Of a DNA stretch of 64,000 nt, positions 51,416-64,000 are shown one piece after another. This stretch comes from Ginglymostoma cirratum (lineage: Eukaryota): NCBI GenBank assembly GCA_024137785.1, contig JAHRHZ010000268.1, positions 18,285,679-18,349,678 of the forward strand. The letters run 5' to 3'. The translations under genes and the position numbers were made by a program. Every line of letters starts with the position of its first letter. The first letter of the stretch is position 1. The notes beneath the pieces are model-generated. The model saw nothing but the letters and a program-made list of their open reading frames with translations, was not told where the DNA came from and did not search any database.

Positions 51416-52828
51416 TGTTATAGAGACCACAGTATACCACCATACTCTCCAAAGATCAGAAAATGACTGTTAAACTACAATTATTTAGAAAAAAATAAGA
51501 ATTGAATCATACCACAAGGATTTCAAATATCTTTTGCAGTGTATATTTCTTATCTTGCCAGATCATTTGCAAAACCTGGGGAGAAAAGTAAACTTTTGTG
51601 GAGTTGCCTTCATGGTTTGACTAGGTGAGATTTTATTGCTGCCTACCACGTGCCAATCCTGAAACTTAACCACAGAACTAAAGGCATGGATGAGGTGTTC
51701 TATTGTCATACACCCAAATTGCACTACCGTAATTGAATAGGGGATAAATTGAATGAGCAAGTTTGTGAAATATAAAACTCTCAAAGGAGTGATCTGAACT
51801 ACTGTACCATAACAAACATGAAAAACAGACCAAAACTTTTAATCCTGTAAATTATAGCTGCAAAAGTGTTGGTAAACAGAGAGTAATTTATGATTTAATT
51901 AAAAATGTAGTATTTGGTGGGGGAAAGAAATTAATTTGGAAAGAAAAGTGTAGTGGGACAAAATCTGATAGGTTCAAATGTTTATGGTTGCTATATTTCT
52001 TCCTTTTTCCTTTCTTTCATTCGTGGGACGTGAGTTTCACAGCATTAATTGGCCAGAGTGACTTTTCCAAACAACAAAATGGCATCTGCACAGGGACTGA
52101 TCATGACCGAACACAGTCTGCATGTGCACTCCTGACAGAACCATGTTCTTTCATGGTGACATCACTGTCATGCCTCAGGATAGCTAGCGCATCTGCTTTC
52201 TGTAGCCATGCAGCTGGACCCTATTGAGCCACTGCTCCCTTGCCACCTGGACCTATATAGCCATGACCCTCAGCTTCCCACCCACCTACCTTGAGTTGCA
52301 AAGCATAAGCTGGAGCCAGGGCTGTTGCTTCTCCTGTTCATCCCTAACTCTTTCGGAACTCCAACACTCATCCTCAATGTAGGATCAGAGTGATTAAGGC
52401 CTCCCAATTCTAAACTCTACTGTTTACATTATTCACAGTGCTGGCAGCATTGTTTGCTTTTTTTGTTTTTGGACATTTGCACTGGATACAGCTTTTATTG
52501 GCCATACCTGACTGCATTTTAGAAGTGGTAGTGGAGCGGCCTTCTGAACTACTGTAGACCATGTGGTACAGGGGCTACCCACAGTACAGATAGGTTGGGA
52601 ATTTCTGAATTTTGGTCTAGTGATGGTGAATGAGAGGCATTATAGCTCCAAGTCAAGATGGTGCGTAACTTAGAGGGGAGCTTGCATGCAGTGACTTTCC
52701 AATGCATATGGTGCCTGCGTAATCAAGGTAGTGGTGTGGCAAGGTGCCATCAAAGAATCCTTGACACATTACCACAGTGCATCTTGTAAATGTGCCAGTG
52801 CTGGAGGGAGTCAATATTTAAGTTGGTA

Positions 52829-53243
52829 GTCATAGAGATGTATAGTGCGGAAACATCCCCTTCGGTTCAACTTGTCCATGCCAACCAGATATTCTAAATT
52901 AATCTAGTCCCATTTACCAGCATTTGGTCCACATACCACTAAACCCTTCCTATTCATGTACCTATTGAAATGTCTTTTAAATGTTGTAATTGTATCAGCC
53001 TCCACCATCACCTCTGGCAGGTCATTCCATACACGCACCACCCTCAGCATGAAAAGGTTGCCTCTTAGTTCCCTTTTAAATCTTTCCCCTGTCATCTTAA
53101 ACCTATGCTCTCTAGTTTTGGTCTCCCCTACCCTAGGGAAAAGACCTTGGCTATGTACTCTATCCGTGACCTTCATGATTTTATGCATCTTTATAAGATC
53201 AGCCCTCAGCCTCTGACGGGCCAGGAAAAATAGCCCGATCATT
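52829..53243 (-). mobile_element. CR1/HER1-type LINE 3' fragment
   Basis: GLFFLARQRLRADLIKMHKIMK...HRFKMTGERFKRELRGNLF; close reverse-complement copy of 4780-5184. Confidence 0.9.
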
Positions 53244-53937
53244 AATATTTCATAATTTCTTACCATTTTAAATCCATATGTTCTGTCTTCTATTCTTCTT
53301 ACAGACATGACTCACATTACAGCTATTTATAGTTCCTCCACCAATGTTTTAAATATACCTCACATGATACGGATAGCAAAGTAGATTGTATGATGGACTG
53401 TAGTGAACTCTGTTACACTCAGTACCTTCACGTTGCAATGTTATTATATCCTGGCTTCCCTCTGGACAAATCCTCATTGGGTCTGGAAGTGTGGGGCTGA
53501 GCAGGGAATGGAATTTTAAAGTGCCACTGAAATAATTTGTCAATCCTTGGTATACAAGGACATTTCTCCAGATTATATTCCATCTGCCAATTACTTGCCC
53601 GCTCAATGAACTTGTCCATATCTGTTTACAGCCTATTTGGTTGTCCCCATAGCTTTCTCTCCCACCTGACATGGTCTTGGAACCTAGAGACATTACACTT
53701 GTTTCCTTTATCCAAATAATTTATATCGATTGTAAATGATTGTGTCTTAGCAGTGACCTTCTGGCACCCACACTACTACTAGCTCACCATGCTGGAAGTG
53801 AGGAAGAGTCATCTAGACTGGAAACATTGGCTGGTTTTTTTCTCCATGGATGCTGCCTGACCAGCTTTGATCTCCAGCATTTTTTGTTTTCAGTCAAGCT
53901 GGAAATGACCCTGTTTACTGCTCACCGGCCAATCCTC

Positions 53938-54256
53938 TATCACAGAATCCTTACAAAATCCCTTCAATGTGGAAACAGGCCATTCGGCCCAACAAGTCCA
54001 CACTGACTCTTCGAAGAGCATCCAGCCCAGACCATTCCCTGACCCTATCCCGGTAACCCTGCATTTCTCATGGGCAATCCGCCTAACCTGCACATCTTTG
54101 GACTGTGGGAGGAAACTGGAGCGTCCAGAGGAAGCCTATGCAGACACCAGGAGAATATGCAACCTCCACACAGACAGTTGCCTGAGGGTGGAATTGAACC
54201 TGGTTCCCTGGTGCTGTGAGGCAGCAGTGCTAACCAATGAGCCACTGTGCTGCCCA
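53938..54256 (-). mobile_element. HE1-type (V-SINE) tRNA-derived shark SINE
   Basis: Minus strand cacagtggctcattggttagcactgctgcctcacagc (A box), ggttcaattcc (B box), V-domain-like tccagtttcctcccacagtccaaagatgtgcaggttagg, and a CR1-like tail. Confidence 0.85.
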
Positions 54257-54376
54257 GGACACAGCAAACACTGTTGCACTGAGTATGCAGTTTGTTTTAC
54301 CATTATTATAATGTACAGTCAAAGAACCGTCGGAGATGGGGATGTTGGGGGAGACAGAGAGGACCACAGAGGTAAG

Positions 54377-54403
54377 CAGAGAGAGAGAGAGGCAGGGGGG
54401 TAC

Positions 54404-54446
<43 letters not shown>

Positions 54447-54450
54447 AAAC
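54377..54450. repeat. (GA)n/(GACA)n microsatellite
   Basis: gagagagagagagagacagacagacagacagacagacag is directly visible. Confidence 0.95.
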
Positions 54451-54667
54451 AACAGACAGGGAGAACTGGAACTGTAACTCTCCACTGCATCTGTCACTCT
54501 GTACATAAACCACCCCAAACCTCCCAATTAGATTTCAACCTGTGACTCACTTTCACACACCTGTTATACTAGATATAAACCACACTGAACACCTCACTTA
54601 GATTCTTGTCTGTACCTTACTCCCCAGTATCAGTTATTCAAGATGTAAACCACATCAAACCCCTCAA

Positions 54668-54761
54668 GAACTTCTGAGGATGGGTCACCGGACGTTAACT
54701 CTGTTTTTTCCTTCAGAGGTGCTGCCAGACCAGCTGAGCTTTTCCAGCAACTTTGTTTTTG
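54668..54761 (+). mobile_element. Penelope-derived short repeat with partly deleted hammerhead and 8-bp TSD
   Basis: ttctgaggatgggtcaccggac[deleted]gttaactctg...; cccctcaa at 54660-54667 and 54762-54769. Confidence 0.75.
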
Positions 54762-54849
54762 CCCCTCAACTATACTGTTTGTAACTCACTCCCTGGTACC
54801 TGTCAAAGTACCAAATTAAGGTTGCTTTGTTCTGACTGATGTTGAGCTT

Positions 54850-56510
54850 CTTGATTGTCAACAGAGTTGTACTCATCCTACAGCTGGAGAGAATTCCATC
54901 ACGTTCCTGACTTGTGCCTTACAGATTCTGGATAGGAATGAGGAAATGAGTTGCTTGTTCCTGGCCTCTATTCTACTCTTGTAATAGAATTTATATGGCT
55001 GATCCAGTTAAGTTTTTGGTTGGTGGAAGCTTCTAGAATGTTGATGGGAGGCGAGTCAGCGATAGTAATGCAGTTGACTGTCAAGGAAGATGGTTAGTTT
55101 CCCTCCGATGGAAGATCTAATTGCCTGGCATTTATGTGGCAGAAATGACACTTGCTTGTTAGCAATCAAGCCGTTGTATTGTTTAGGTCTTGCTGTATGC
55201 TGTATCCTGTTTCAGGCATGCATCCCCACTTCTGACTTAAGTTGGAGTGAAGATCATTGGCGAAGTGGCTGGAGATGTTTGGACCTAGGAGATAATCCTG
55301 AGGAACTCCTGCAATGATGGTCCGGAACTGATGACCCTTGGCAACCAAAACTCTCTTTCTCTATGTGGGTTACTCTGCCAGCCCAAGAGAGATTTGCCTT
55401 TGATTCCCATTTACTTAATTTTATTGAAACATATTTTGAGAGTTTAAAATATATAGTTTTTTTTGGGAACTTGGATCCTAAAGTTGAGATAAATGGGATT
55501 TTCGTTTTCATTGTTGTGAAGGTCTGATTTTTTTTTAAAGAAAGGATCAGAAAGTTATTTAGAACAGTAAGTTAAAGTCAGTCTTTCCAATAAATCATCT
55601 GACTGAGCAAGCTACTTGATGAGATAGCTGCTGCCAATTGTTGACTTGATTTTACAATGGCAGGCCCACGGCCATAAACAGATTCAGTTAGGAAGGAGCA
55701 GCCTGTAGGCCAACAGAGTTGGAAAGAACCTTCAGAGTAGTTGAAGTCATGGAAAAGTCATTGAATTCGCCTGGCCATGGGTCTTAGGAGAGCCAGAGGG
55801 AATTGTGTGGTGAATCTGCAGAAAGTTTCCAAAAGGAAATGCTTACAACCTGGCCAGTTGAGCAAATAATTTGGAAATGAAGATAACAGTGACTTCACCA
55901 GGCTTCAGTGACTTCAAAGGATGTTGATGGGAATCTATCTTTTTACTGTTAGTGATAAGACCAAAATTTTTTATCTGTGCTTTTTTTCTTCTTTTATGTA
56001 ATAAATCTATGAAAGCATTTACGGCCTTGTGTGAATATGTGCAGAGACTGACCACCGTGGGAACCAAATTGCAAAAATAAAGCTTAATGTCTAAGAAGTC
56101 AGGTTTCACCAGTATTACCATCACATAGGATCATCATAACTCTTTGTTGCCACAACTTGACAAAAACAGCCTTGATATCATGGACAGTCACTATGATCTC
56201 TCCACTTGATTTTAGCTCTCTTGTCTTTGTATGGACAAAGGTTGTAATGACGTCTGGAACTGATTGGTCCCGGCAGAAGCCAAACTCGATATCGGTAAGC
56301 GGATGATTTCACTTGACCAATGGCATCTTCCGTCACTTTGCCTATGGTTGAGTTGAGACTTATGGACCAACAATTGGCCTGATTGGATTTGTCCATCTTT
56401 TTGTAGACAGAACCTATTTGGACAATTTTCTGTGTTGTTCGTGGACCCTTTTCCTCCAGGTTATTGCTTGATTGGCCATCACTATTGATAACTGGATGTG
56501 GTAGCATTGC
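54850..56510 (-). mobile_element. Decayed L2-like LINE fragments (54850-55400 and 56180-56510)
   Basis: IIAGVPQDYLLGP and KMDKSNQANCWSISLNSTIGKV RT-type motifs on the minus strand. Confidence 0.65.
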
Positions 56511-56632
56511 AGAACTTAGATCTAATCTATTGGAATTCATGCAGTAGAATTAACTTGAAAATTCAATGTGTTCTTTTTCATATGATGATTATTTATCTTT
56601 ATTTCTTAAGCAGTTTTGAAAGACATTGAAAA

Positions 56633-56814
56633 ATGGGCCGCCACTCCTCAGATAGTGAAGATAATACCAGAAGTCGTCGTAAAAAGAAACACCGGAGGAA
56701 ATCAACTTCCAGTAGTTCTTCTGATAGCAGAACATTCACCCGGAAAAAATCTAGTAGAAGGACAAGATCACACTCTCGTGGTCATCGCTCCCATTCCCGA
56801 TCCAAGGACAGAAG
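56633..56814 (+). CDS. RSRC1: RSRC1 (arginine/serine-rich coiled-coil 1) first coding exon
   Basis: [39 protein letters not shown]... resembles human RSRC1 [23 protein letters not shown]. Upstream acceptor tttcttaag/cag at 56610/56613; donor AAG|GTGGGC, phase 2; synteny with SHOX2. Confidence 0.92.
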
Positions 56815-58010
56815 GTGGGCATTATCAGTTACGTCTTGTAACGTTAAGAAAGAAGAGTCATGAAGTTATGAAGAAGAGTCATACTTGATTTGAAATGTTA
56901 ACTTTGATTTTGTTTCCACAGATGCTGCCAGACCTGCTGAGTTTCTCCAGCATTCTGTGTTTGGACCTGTTGTAAGATGCTATTTACAAAATCAGCCAAT
57001 ATACCAGAGAAACAGCCATGTCAAAGATTAACTGATAGGGAATTAACAGGTTGCGCTATAAGATCCGGATTGAATAAGGGATTTCTCAAAAGCATTGTTT
57101 CTGTCTTGTTTTCTTTATGTTCTGGATTTACACTTTTGAGTGAAAGATTTTATCTGTTGTCGTCCCTGTTTTTTCCAAGCAATTTTCGGTTTCCCCTCCT
57201 AACACATCTTGTTTTGACAAATTTCATTCTTTTCATATGTCACTACCAAATATTGTTCTGTTTTTCTTGTTTTGTCTTTTAAGGCAAAAGACAGATCAAA
57301 TATTTGGAAACAGTTGTTATTGTCAGATACAGAGCGAGCAGCCAGAATTCTTATGACCAGTTGGGCAGCTAGTTATTGTGAAGTTTGGATCTGAAGTGAT
57401 TTTATTCCAATTTAGATAGAATAGAAATCACTGATTGTAGGATGAATCTAGTTTAATTCACATAGGAGCACTGAAAATTCAGGCAAGTTAGAAACTTTGG
57501 AATTTGTTTTGTTACTTTGCTTTCCTTAGAGCACTGTTGTAAGAAATTGAGAATGGTATATCTGCCACACTGTTGAAACTTATTTTACATTTCCATCTCC
57601 CAGAGATAACTTTGTTTCTTTGGTTGACTTTGGAAAACTGTTTGTAAAGGTGAATTCCAGTTTTTGGTGAGTGTGAATTTGAGAAAGTCAGGCAGATACA
57701 ATAACTGAGAAGATGTTTTGTCAAGTGAGGTGAACAAAGTGGTATTTCTACGTATTCATTTGTTTATCTATTGAAATTAGTGCTAGTTCACTATAACCAA
57801 TATATTTTAGTTCAAACAGTAAAAAAAAAGGGTTAGAAACCACAATTTCTTCTGAAATTGAAAACGATAGTTGTGAGATCCCTAGTAGTTCAGCAAGTTC
57901 AGAGTATCATTTTGAAATCAAATTCAGTAAAGTGTGTATTCTTGGACAAAAGAATGTATCTGCTGATATGAGAAAGTTTATGAAGTCATTGGATGATTGT
58001 TATGTCCGAG

Positions 58011-58286
58011 AGTCATGGAGATATACAGCATGGAAACACACCCTTCGTCCAACTCGTTCAAACCGACCAGCTATCCTGTGTAAATCTAGTCCCATTTGGC
58101 CCATATCCTTCTAAACCCTTCCTACTCATATACCCATCCAGATGTCTTTTAAATGTTGTAATCATACCAGCTTCCACTACTTCCTCTGGCAGCTTTTCCC
58201 ATACACGCGCCATCCTCTGTGTGAAAAAGTTGCCCCTTAGGTGCCTTTCATATCTTTTCCCTTCACCTTAAACCTGTGCCCTCTCT
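58011..58286 (-). mobile_element. CR1/HER1-type LINE 3' end
   Basis: Colinear with 52829-53110. Confidence 0.85.
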
Positions 58287-59514
58287 GTTACGGTTTTAAA
58301 GTTGCAGAAGATGAGTTGAACGGAAACGTCTGGTATGTTTCAAGTTATTTACTTCAGACTAATTCTGTAAATTGTTGATGTTGAAGTGGTAGTTAAGAAT
58401 TACAGTATTTAAAACGTGCTATTGCGCTCGTGTTTTGCTTGTTGCCAAAGCTGCACTTAAATGATTTTTTTTAATTTAGCAAAGGAGATTCGATGGGTAA
58501 GAGAAAGGATTTGGTTGAGGAGTAGCACAGTAGATAACTCCTAGAATCACAATTTATCAAATACTTAAATGTCAGTGCCAATATCAGAGACTTTGTCCAT
58601 TATGGTAGTGTTTTCTTTAGAGAAACATTCAAGAATTTGCAATAAAGCTACAAAGTGAAGTCATTTTTTTGGAGTGACTACTGTTGTAATTTTGAGAAGA
58701 TTGTGATAATGTTGCTCATTTAGTGGTAGCTACAAATGTGACTGAATTGAGAAGAAAGTGATAAAATGTAGATGAACACGAACACCTAATGTTCAAAAAT
58801 GATAATAGCTGGAAATTGACAATAAAATGATACTATCAGATTAAAGATGTGAATGGGGATCTGTTGGAAAGAATTGGGAACTTGTAGAAAATGCAGATGG
58901 TGAGTAGGAAAACTGTAAAATAATATTGAGTATGTAGAATTTTTAGATTTGTAGTAGCACAGTTGAAAAGCACCCCTTAAAATTTGGAAGCTCATGATAA
59001 AAATATCACTAAGTCAAAGATTGTAAATCATATAGTGTAAGCTTAAAAATACTGAACATGGTTGGAAGAAAAATGCAATCTTGAAAATATTATGCTGATT
59101 TGATATGCTGGGTAATTGACTACAAATGATACAATATATACAACACTTGCACCATCAATGATTAAAATTCAAATATATTTAATTTCTGACATTTTGAATT
59201 GTCACTGCTTTGGTTGAAGTTGGACCTGATGTTGATATACGTACCAAGAAAAGAACAAAGCTATTAATATTTTCCTTTGAACTGTTGGCTAGTACCTGTA
59301 GTACTTTCTTCTTTGGTTAGAATATTCTATTCATTTGTTCTTATCAGAATAGAATCCCATCAGTTGTCACAGGCGTTTACACATGATTAACTGTGAAACT
59401 GCTTCTTCCAATGATTTCTAGCTGAAGTTCTTTTTAAAATCTAAATTAAGATAAGCTTTTAAAAGATACATCATTACAGATTGTAATATACATTAGTATA
59501 TTCTATATCTTCAG

Positions 59515-59643
59515 ACGTAGACGTCGGTCTAGCAGCAGCTCATCATATGAGGTCCGAAAGAAGCGAAGCAGTCGTACCAGATCACGGGATCGAGGGAAAT
59601 CCTACAGATCACGGCGGTCTAGATCAAGAAGCAAGAACAGAAG
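59515..59643 (+). CDS. RSRC1: RSRC1 second coding exon (129 nt, phase 2-2); gene continues beyond the window
   Basis: tcttcag|A CGT AGA... encodes RRRRSSSSSSYEVRKKRSSRTRSRDRGKSYRSRRSRSRSKNR(R); donor AAG|GTATGG; frame compatible with the previous exon. Confidence 0.92.
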
Positions 59644-60759
59644 GTATGGATAAGTTATAATTTCTATATTGCAGGGAATGGCAATCTTTGTTTTGAAGAC
59701 TCATGGTTGTGCGGCATCAAGAAAGCAAACTATGCAGTCCGAGTACAAGTCAACCTTTTCAAGTTATTGCATGGGTGCAGCTATAGTGCACTTCAACAAA
59801 TTGTTTGTTTATTACAAAAAACAAAATGAAAGATCTTTTTACTAGGGGAGAAGGCTGAAAGCATGGTAATTTTTTAAAAAAAAAGTACAAGCGTGATAAA
59901 CATAGGCAAAGGAACAGCTGAGCATCCCAAAAAGGGCAGAACAGTCTTGATTGATGGCTACTAGAAAGGTTAGAGAGAGAAATTTGAGAATAAATTTATG
60001 AAGGAATTAAGTGTGAGCTTTTTTCCATGTGAGCAAGAATGATGGAAGTATAAACATATGAATTAGGAGCAAGAGGCCACTTGGCCCCTCGAGCCTGTTT
60101 CATCATTCAAGAAGATTATAGCTGATCTGATCACCGGACATACCTGCTTACTGTTGATAACATGTATGGTTGGCAGAAGGATGTGAGTTATAAAGAATGG
60201 AGAGATGTCAATAGAGATATCACTGTTGATGACCAGCATCTTGAGGCACAGAAACTTTGAGGTGGTGTGGTCAGAGATTGGGGGTGAGATTTCCTTCGAA
60301 GGGTGCAAATGAATGAACACACAAATCCAGCAAAGTTGGAGGACATCGGAGTAGGGAGCTTAGATTAGGATGAAATCACAAAGGTCGAAGGGCATATTGA
60401 TAATTAAGTAACCATGGGAATGTGCCACATGATATGTTTAACCAAGAGACATGAAGAATGAAGGAGAATGAGCTGAGCAGAGGATGAAAAGATGCCAGAT
60501 TGTGGAAGTCAGGGTGAAACTTAGCAATTATACCTGTATTGGTGCTACAGCAGTTGTGTAGGACAAATGTTGGATGACCATGAGTGATAGGGATGGTTGA
60601 TGTGATCCTTAATGGTTAATTTGGGAATTGTTCACTGGCGAGAAATGTTCAGGGGGATAATTGTGGAAGGCCAGTGACAGGGTCAGGAAGGATGGTAAAA
60701 GAGAGTTGAGAAGGTACGTGAACAAAATTATTCACCAAAGAATGAGGTGAGCAACCATG

Positions 60760-61390
60760 AGACCGTGAAACATAGAAGCAGAAGTAGGCAATTCAACAAG
60801 ATCATGGCCGAACTGATAATCCCCATTTCCACTTTCTTGCTTTTTCCCCACATTCCTTGACTGCCTTCCTGGGTAAGAATCTGACTATCTTATGCTTGAA
60901 TATACTTAATAACCCAGTCTTGACATCTCTCTGCAGTAAAGAACTCCACAGATTCACTACCCTATGTGAGAAGAAGGTCCTCCTTACTTGTGTTAGAAAT
61001 AGGTAACCTCTTACTCTGAGCTTATGTCTTTTGGGCCAAATGGCCTGCTTCCACACTGTAGGGATTCTATGGTCCTGGGCTTTCCAAACTAGGGGAAACA
61101 ATCAATCACCATCTATCCTGTCAAGTCCTCTAAGAATCTTGCATGTTTCAACAAGGTTCTCTCTCATTTGTCTAAACTCCAATGAGTACATGCCCAACCT
61201 TCTCAACCTCTCTTTATGAGAAAATCCCTCCAAACCTGGGATCAAACCTTCTCTGGATTGCCTTCAATGCCATTGTATGTTTTCTTCGATAAAGAGGCCA
61301 AAACTGTTCACAACATTCTAGGTGCGGTCTGACTAGTGCCTTGCTTAGTTTTAGTAAAATATTCCTGTTTTTATATCCATTCCCTTTGAA
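60760..61390 (-). mobile_element. CR1-type LINE 3' fragment
   Basis: LLKLSKALVRPHLECCEQFWP and HKLRVRG...RRTFFSHRVVNLWSSL motifs. Confidence 0.85.
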
Positions 61391-62741
61391 TGGACACCAT
61401 GCAATGCACTGTGTGAATTGAGGATTGAACATTTGCATTGTTACTCTGTAACCCGCTATGAGATGATGCCATTAGGTTGTAGCAAAAGGAAGAACTACAA
61501 GGAAGGCGTTTAACTGGGCTTGAGTCTATGGCAGGTTGGTAGATAAGCACTTATAAGTGAAGAAATGTCCATTGGGGCAGAGTATTGGAACAGACGATGT
61601 TGGAAGGAATTCACAATTGGATATGGTGAACAGAGGAAAAGGAATGGAGCCTGAGGGTATAAGTTCAGAAGAAGCTTTCAACAAACATCCTGATCTTAAA
61701 ATAAAAGTCCTCTCTTTAGCATTAAGAAAAATCTTGGTTCCTGATTGATGTGGTAACACTGATTCTACTCCTCAAGTGAAATTGGAAAGTCAAATATGAA
61801 GAGCTAAGAAACAAACCACAAGCAGGATGCGTGTCCCTATCTCTTCACCAAGGCATTTGAGTAATTGTTGTTAAGGTTTAGTACTCTTTCCACCTTTAGT
61901 AATGGAGTCTGATTAACCAAATTTAATTTTACAGGAGCTAGGTTATCCCCACATCCCCACAGTCCTACTTCCAGGAGTAGTTCCTGGCAAAGATTTATTG
62001 TGGCAACAGTCTTTTTTTTTTACCCATTTCCCTTTCTCAGAGAATAGTGAAATCACTCACGGCTACACTAGTTGCTGTTCTGTGCAGAATTGTCAATTTA
62101 GGCACCAACCAGCAATCAAACTGTAGATCTTACTGGTCTTTCTGGCTAATGTAAAGAAAGATGCATTCACATTCGCTTTCCTTCTTCAAAGTTTTTAACT
62201 TGAAGAATATCGTCAAATTGATACTCTTTGAATCAGTGTTAATGTGACGAAAATTAATGCTTTTCCCACTGAGTCTATACTCCTATGAAACTGAACTGAG
62301 ATTGTCCAAATTTCTTTCTTATAGGCTTTTGAAAAAATCTTAAAACTTAATAGCTGGAAATCTGAAATAAAAACTCAAAAATTGTGAAGAATCTTAATCA
62401 AAACTAGAAATGTTGTGTAAGCAGTCCCCATTATGGGCCAGAATTAGGTGAAGGGAGCAACAGTTGAAGGTTAGAATTTTTCAACATTAGTGACTTGTGG
62501 ACAAGTTCATGGGAAAAGCTACAAACAGTTAAAAACTGGTGATTTAATAGATTGTCTGAAAGAGGCAGTGGAAACATCCTCAAAAACTGTAGAGTAAGAA
62601 AATTGTCAAGTAAACTATGAAAAGCATGAGAAAAAGCATGAAACTACCTCAAGTTGAAGTGAAAGGAGGTGGCAAGCATAGATAAGGAAATGTTGAAAAG
62701 TTTCCAATACTATTGTTCAGAACAGAGTCCCCAGAAGATGC

Positions 62742-64000
62742 TATAATGATGTGTGCTTTTTTAGAGGGTTTTTTTTCCTGACCTGCTTCTCTTGAAGAGG
62801 TTATAAACTTGGTGCAGAGATGTCTGCTCTGTGGAATGCAGAGTAACTAGCTTTGGATTTTTTTTAGAAATTATACAAAGGAAGCATGAGTGGGGTGGAG
62901 TCAGGCTTACACCGACCCAGGGTTTTTGTTTTGCTTTCAGTTGTTGAGATTGAGGTTTTGGAGTTGAAGCTGCTTAATACTGCTGCAAAAGCTTGAGTTC
63001 TCTCTCTGCTGCGAGATACATTCTTTCAGTATGCTGTTCTCCTGGACTAGATGAGATAACACATGAGGGAAATCTGTTTTGCTGAATTTGCCTTTGCTAA
63101 AGGTGTGTTTATGGGATGCTGCTATATTAGAACAGCTGATGAGTAGTAGTTAAATAATATACTATTTTGTTAAGTATTTCAATAGAGTTAAAGTTATGTC
63201 AATTCTTTTTGTTTGTATTCTAATTGTGGTGCAAAAATAAGGTGTGTTTTGCTTAGAACCTGGTAGTTTGATCAATCAAAACACATCTGGGATGCAGTGC
63301 CTTACACTTGCCTCCAAGTAAGATAAAAGTTAGGGTGTAGGCGATCTCCTTGATACGTTTGGAGGGGGTTTGGTCATGTCCCTAACAAATTAGGGGGTTT
63401 GGTCAGGATCAAAATCTCCAATTTCTGGTTGGGTTCGAGGTAATTGGACTCAGACACTGACTCGTGAGTGTTGGTATTCACATTTCAGATGTTGCATTTG
63501 GTTGGTTTAAATAGGCTGTGCCTTGTATGATAATGGCTCTATCTGTGGCTAAGAGTTTCCTGGGTGTGGAAGAAGTCACTTGGGATGGTTTACAGAGGTT
63601 CGGAATTGGCGGATGTGCTGGAGTTAAGATTGCCTGTGCCCATGAGGAAAAGGGAGATGCTTGCAGCAATAGATCACCATTTACAATCAACAGAAATGCA
63701 ATCAGAATAATGGGAAATGGCTAAAATTCAATTACAAATAAAACAGCTTGAATATGAAAAGGAAATGAAACAGTTTGAGTAACAATTGAAAACAGAGTAA
63801 AACGAACAAGAAAGAATAGCCCCAGCAAAAGAATGGGATAAAGAGTGAACTTTTGAACTTCGGAAGTTGGGACTGAAAAGCGAAAGTTGTCATTTCATTT
63901 GAGAAAATAGCTAATCAAATAAAATAGCCAGTGGCCATGTGTGTATTGCTGATTCAAGCAAAGTTGGTAAATAGAGCTAGTGAGAAGTTTGTATCACTAT
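62742..64000 (+). mobile_element. 5' part of a Gypsy-type LTR element (LTR ~62742-63387, tRNA-Pro-like PBS, decayed gag)
   Basis: LTR-like segment ending cctaaca at 63387; tagggggtttggtcaggat resembles PBS-Pro TGGGGGCTCGTCCGGGAT; then MALSVAKSFLGVEEVTWDGLQR and coiled-coil EMAKIQLQIKQLEYEKEMKQFE remnants. Confidence 0.65.

Noticed and set aside
53938-54256. tRNA gene candidates (A/B boxes here and at 47340-47415)
   Set aside because: These are tRNA-derived SINE heads with SINE bodies and LINE-like tails, not cloverleaf tRNAs.
1-64000. CRISPR arrays, operons or other prokaryotic systems
   Set aside because: The sequence is a spliced vertebrate locus; no regularly spaced repeat-spacer structure or dense coding was seen.

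Overview
Vertebrate genomic DNA, almost certainly from a cartilaginous fish (shark), judged from the HE1/SacSINE-type SINEs and HER1/CR1-type LINEs. The window holds a complete 5-exon SHOX2 homeobox gene on the minus strand (CDS 24485 to 16034). It lies head-to-head with the 5' part of RSRC1 on the plus strand: candidate non-coding exon 1 near 27.9 kb, coding exons at 56633-56814 and 59515-59643. SHOX2 sits in a ~15 kb CpG-retaining, transposon-poor domain, while the flanks are dense with decayed CR1/L2/Rex1 LINEs, SINEs, Gypsy LTR elements and Penelope-like elements. Most notable observations: (1) many short, often fold-back, TSD-flanked Penelope-derived insertions carrying minimal hammerhead-ribozyme cores, including one apparently intact ribozyme at 28987-29030; (2) a GC-AG intron required for the SHOX2 reading frame, plus the SHOX2a/b tandem acceptor known from mammals; (3) a near-perfect 38-bp inverted repeat in SHOX2 intron 1; (4) an internally deleted two-LTR Gypsy element nested in a LINE, with a related solo LTR elsewhere. 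Most ORFs in the supplied track are spurious. All coordinates were read by eye; no database searches were run.
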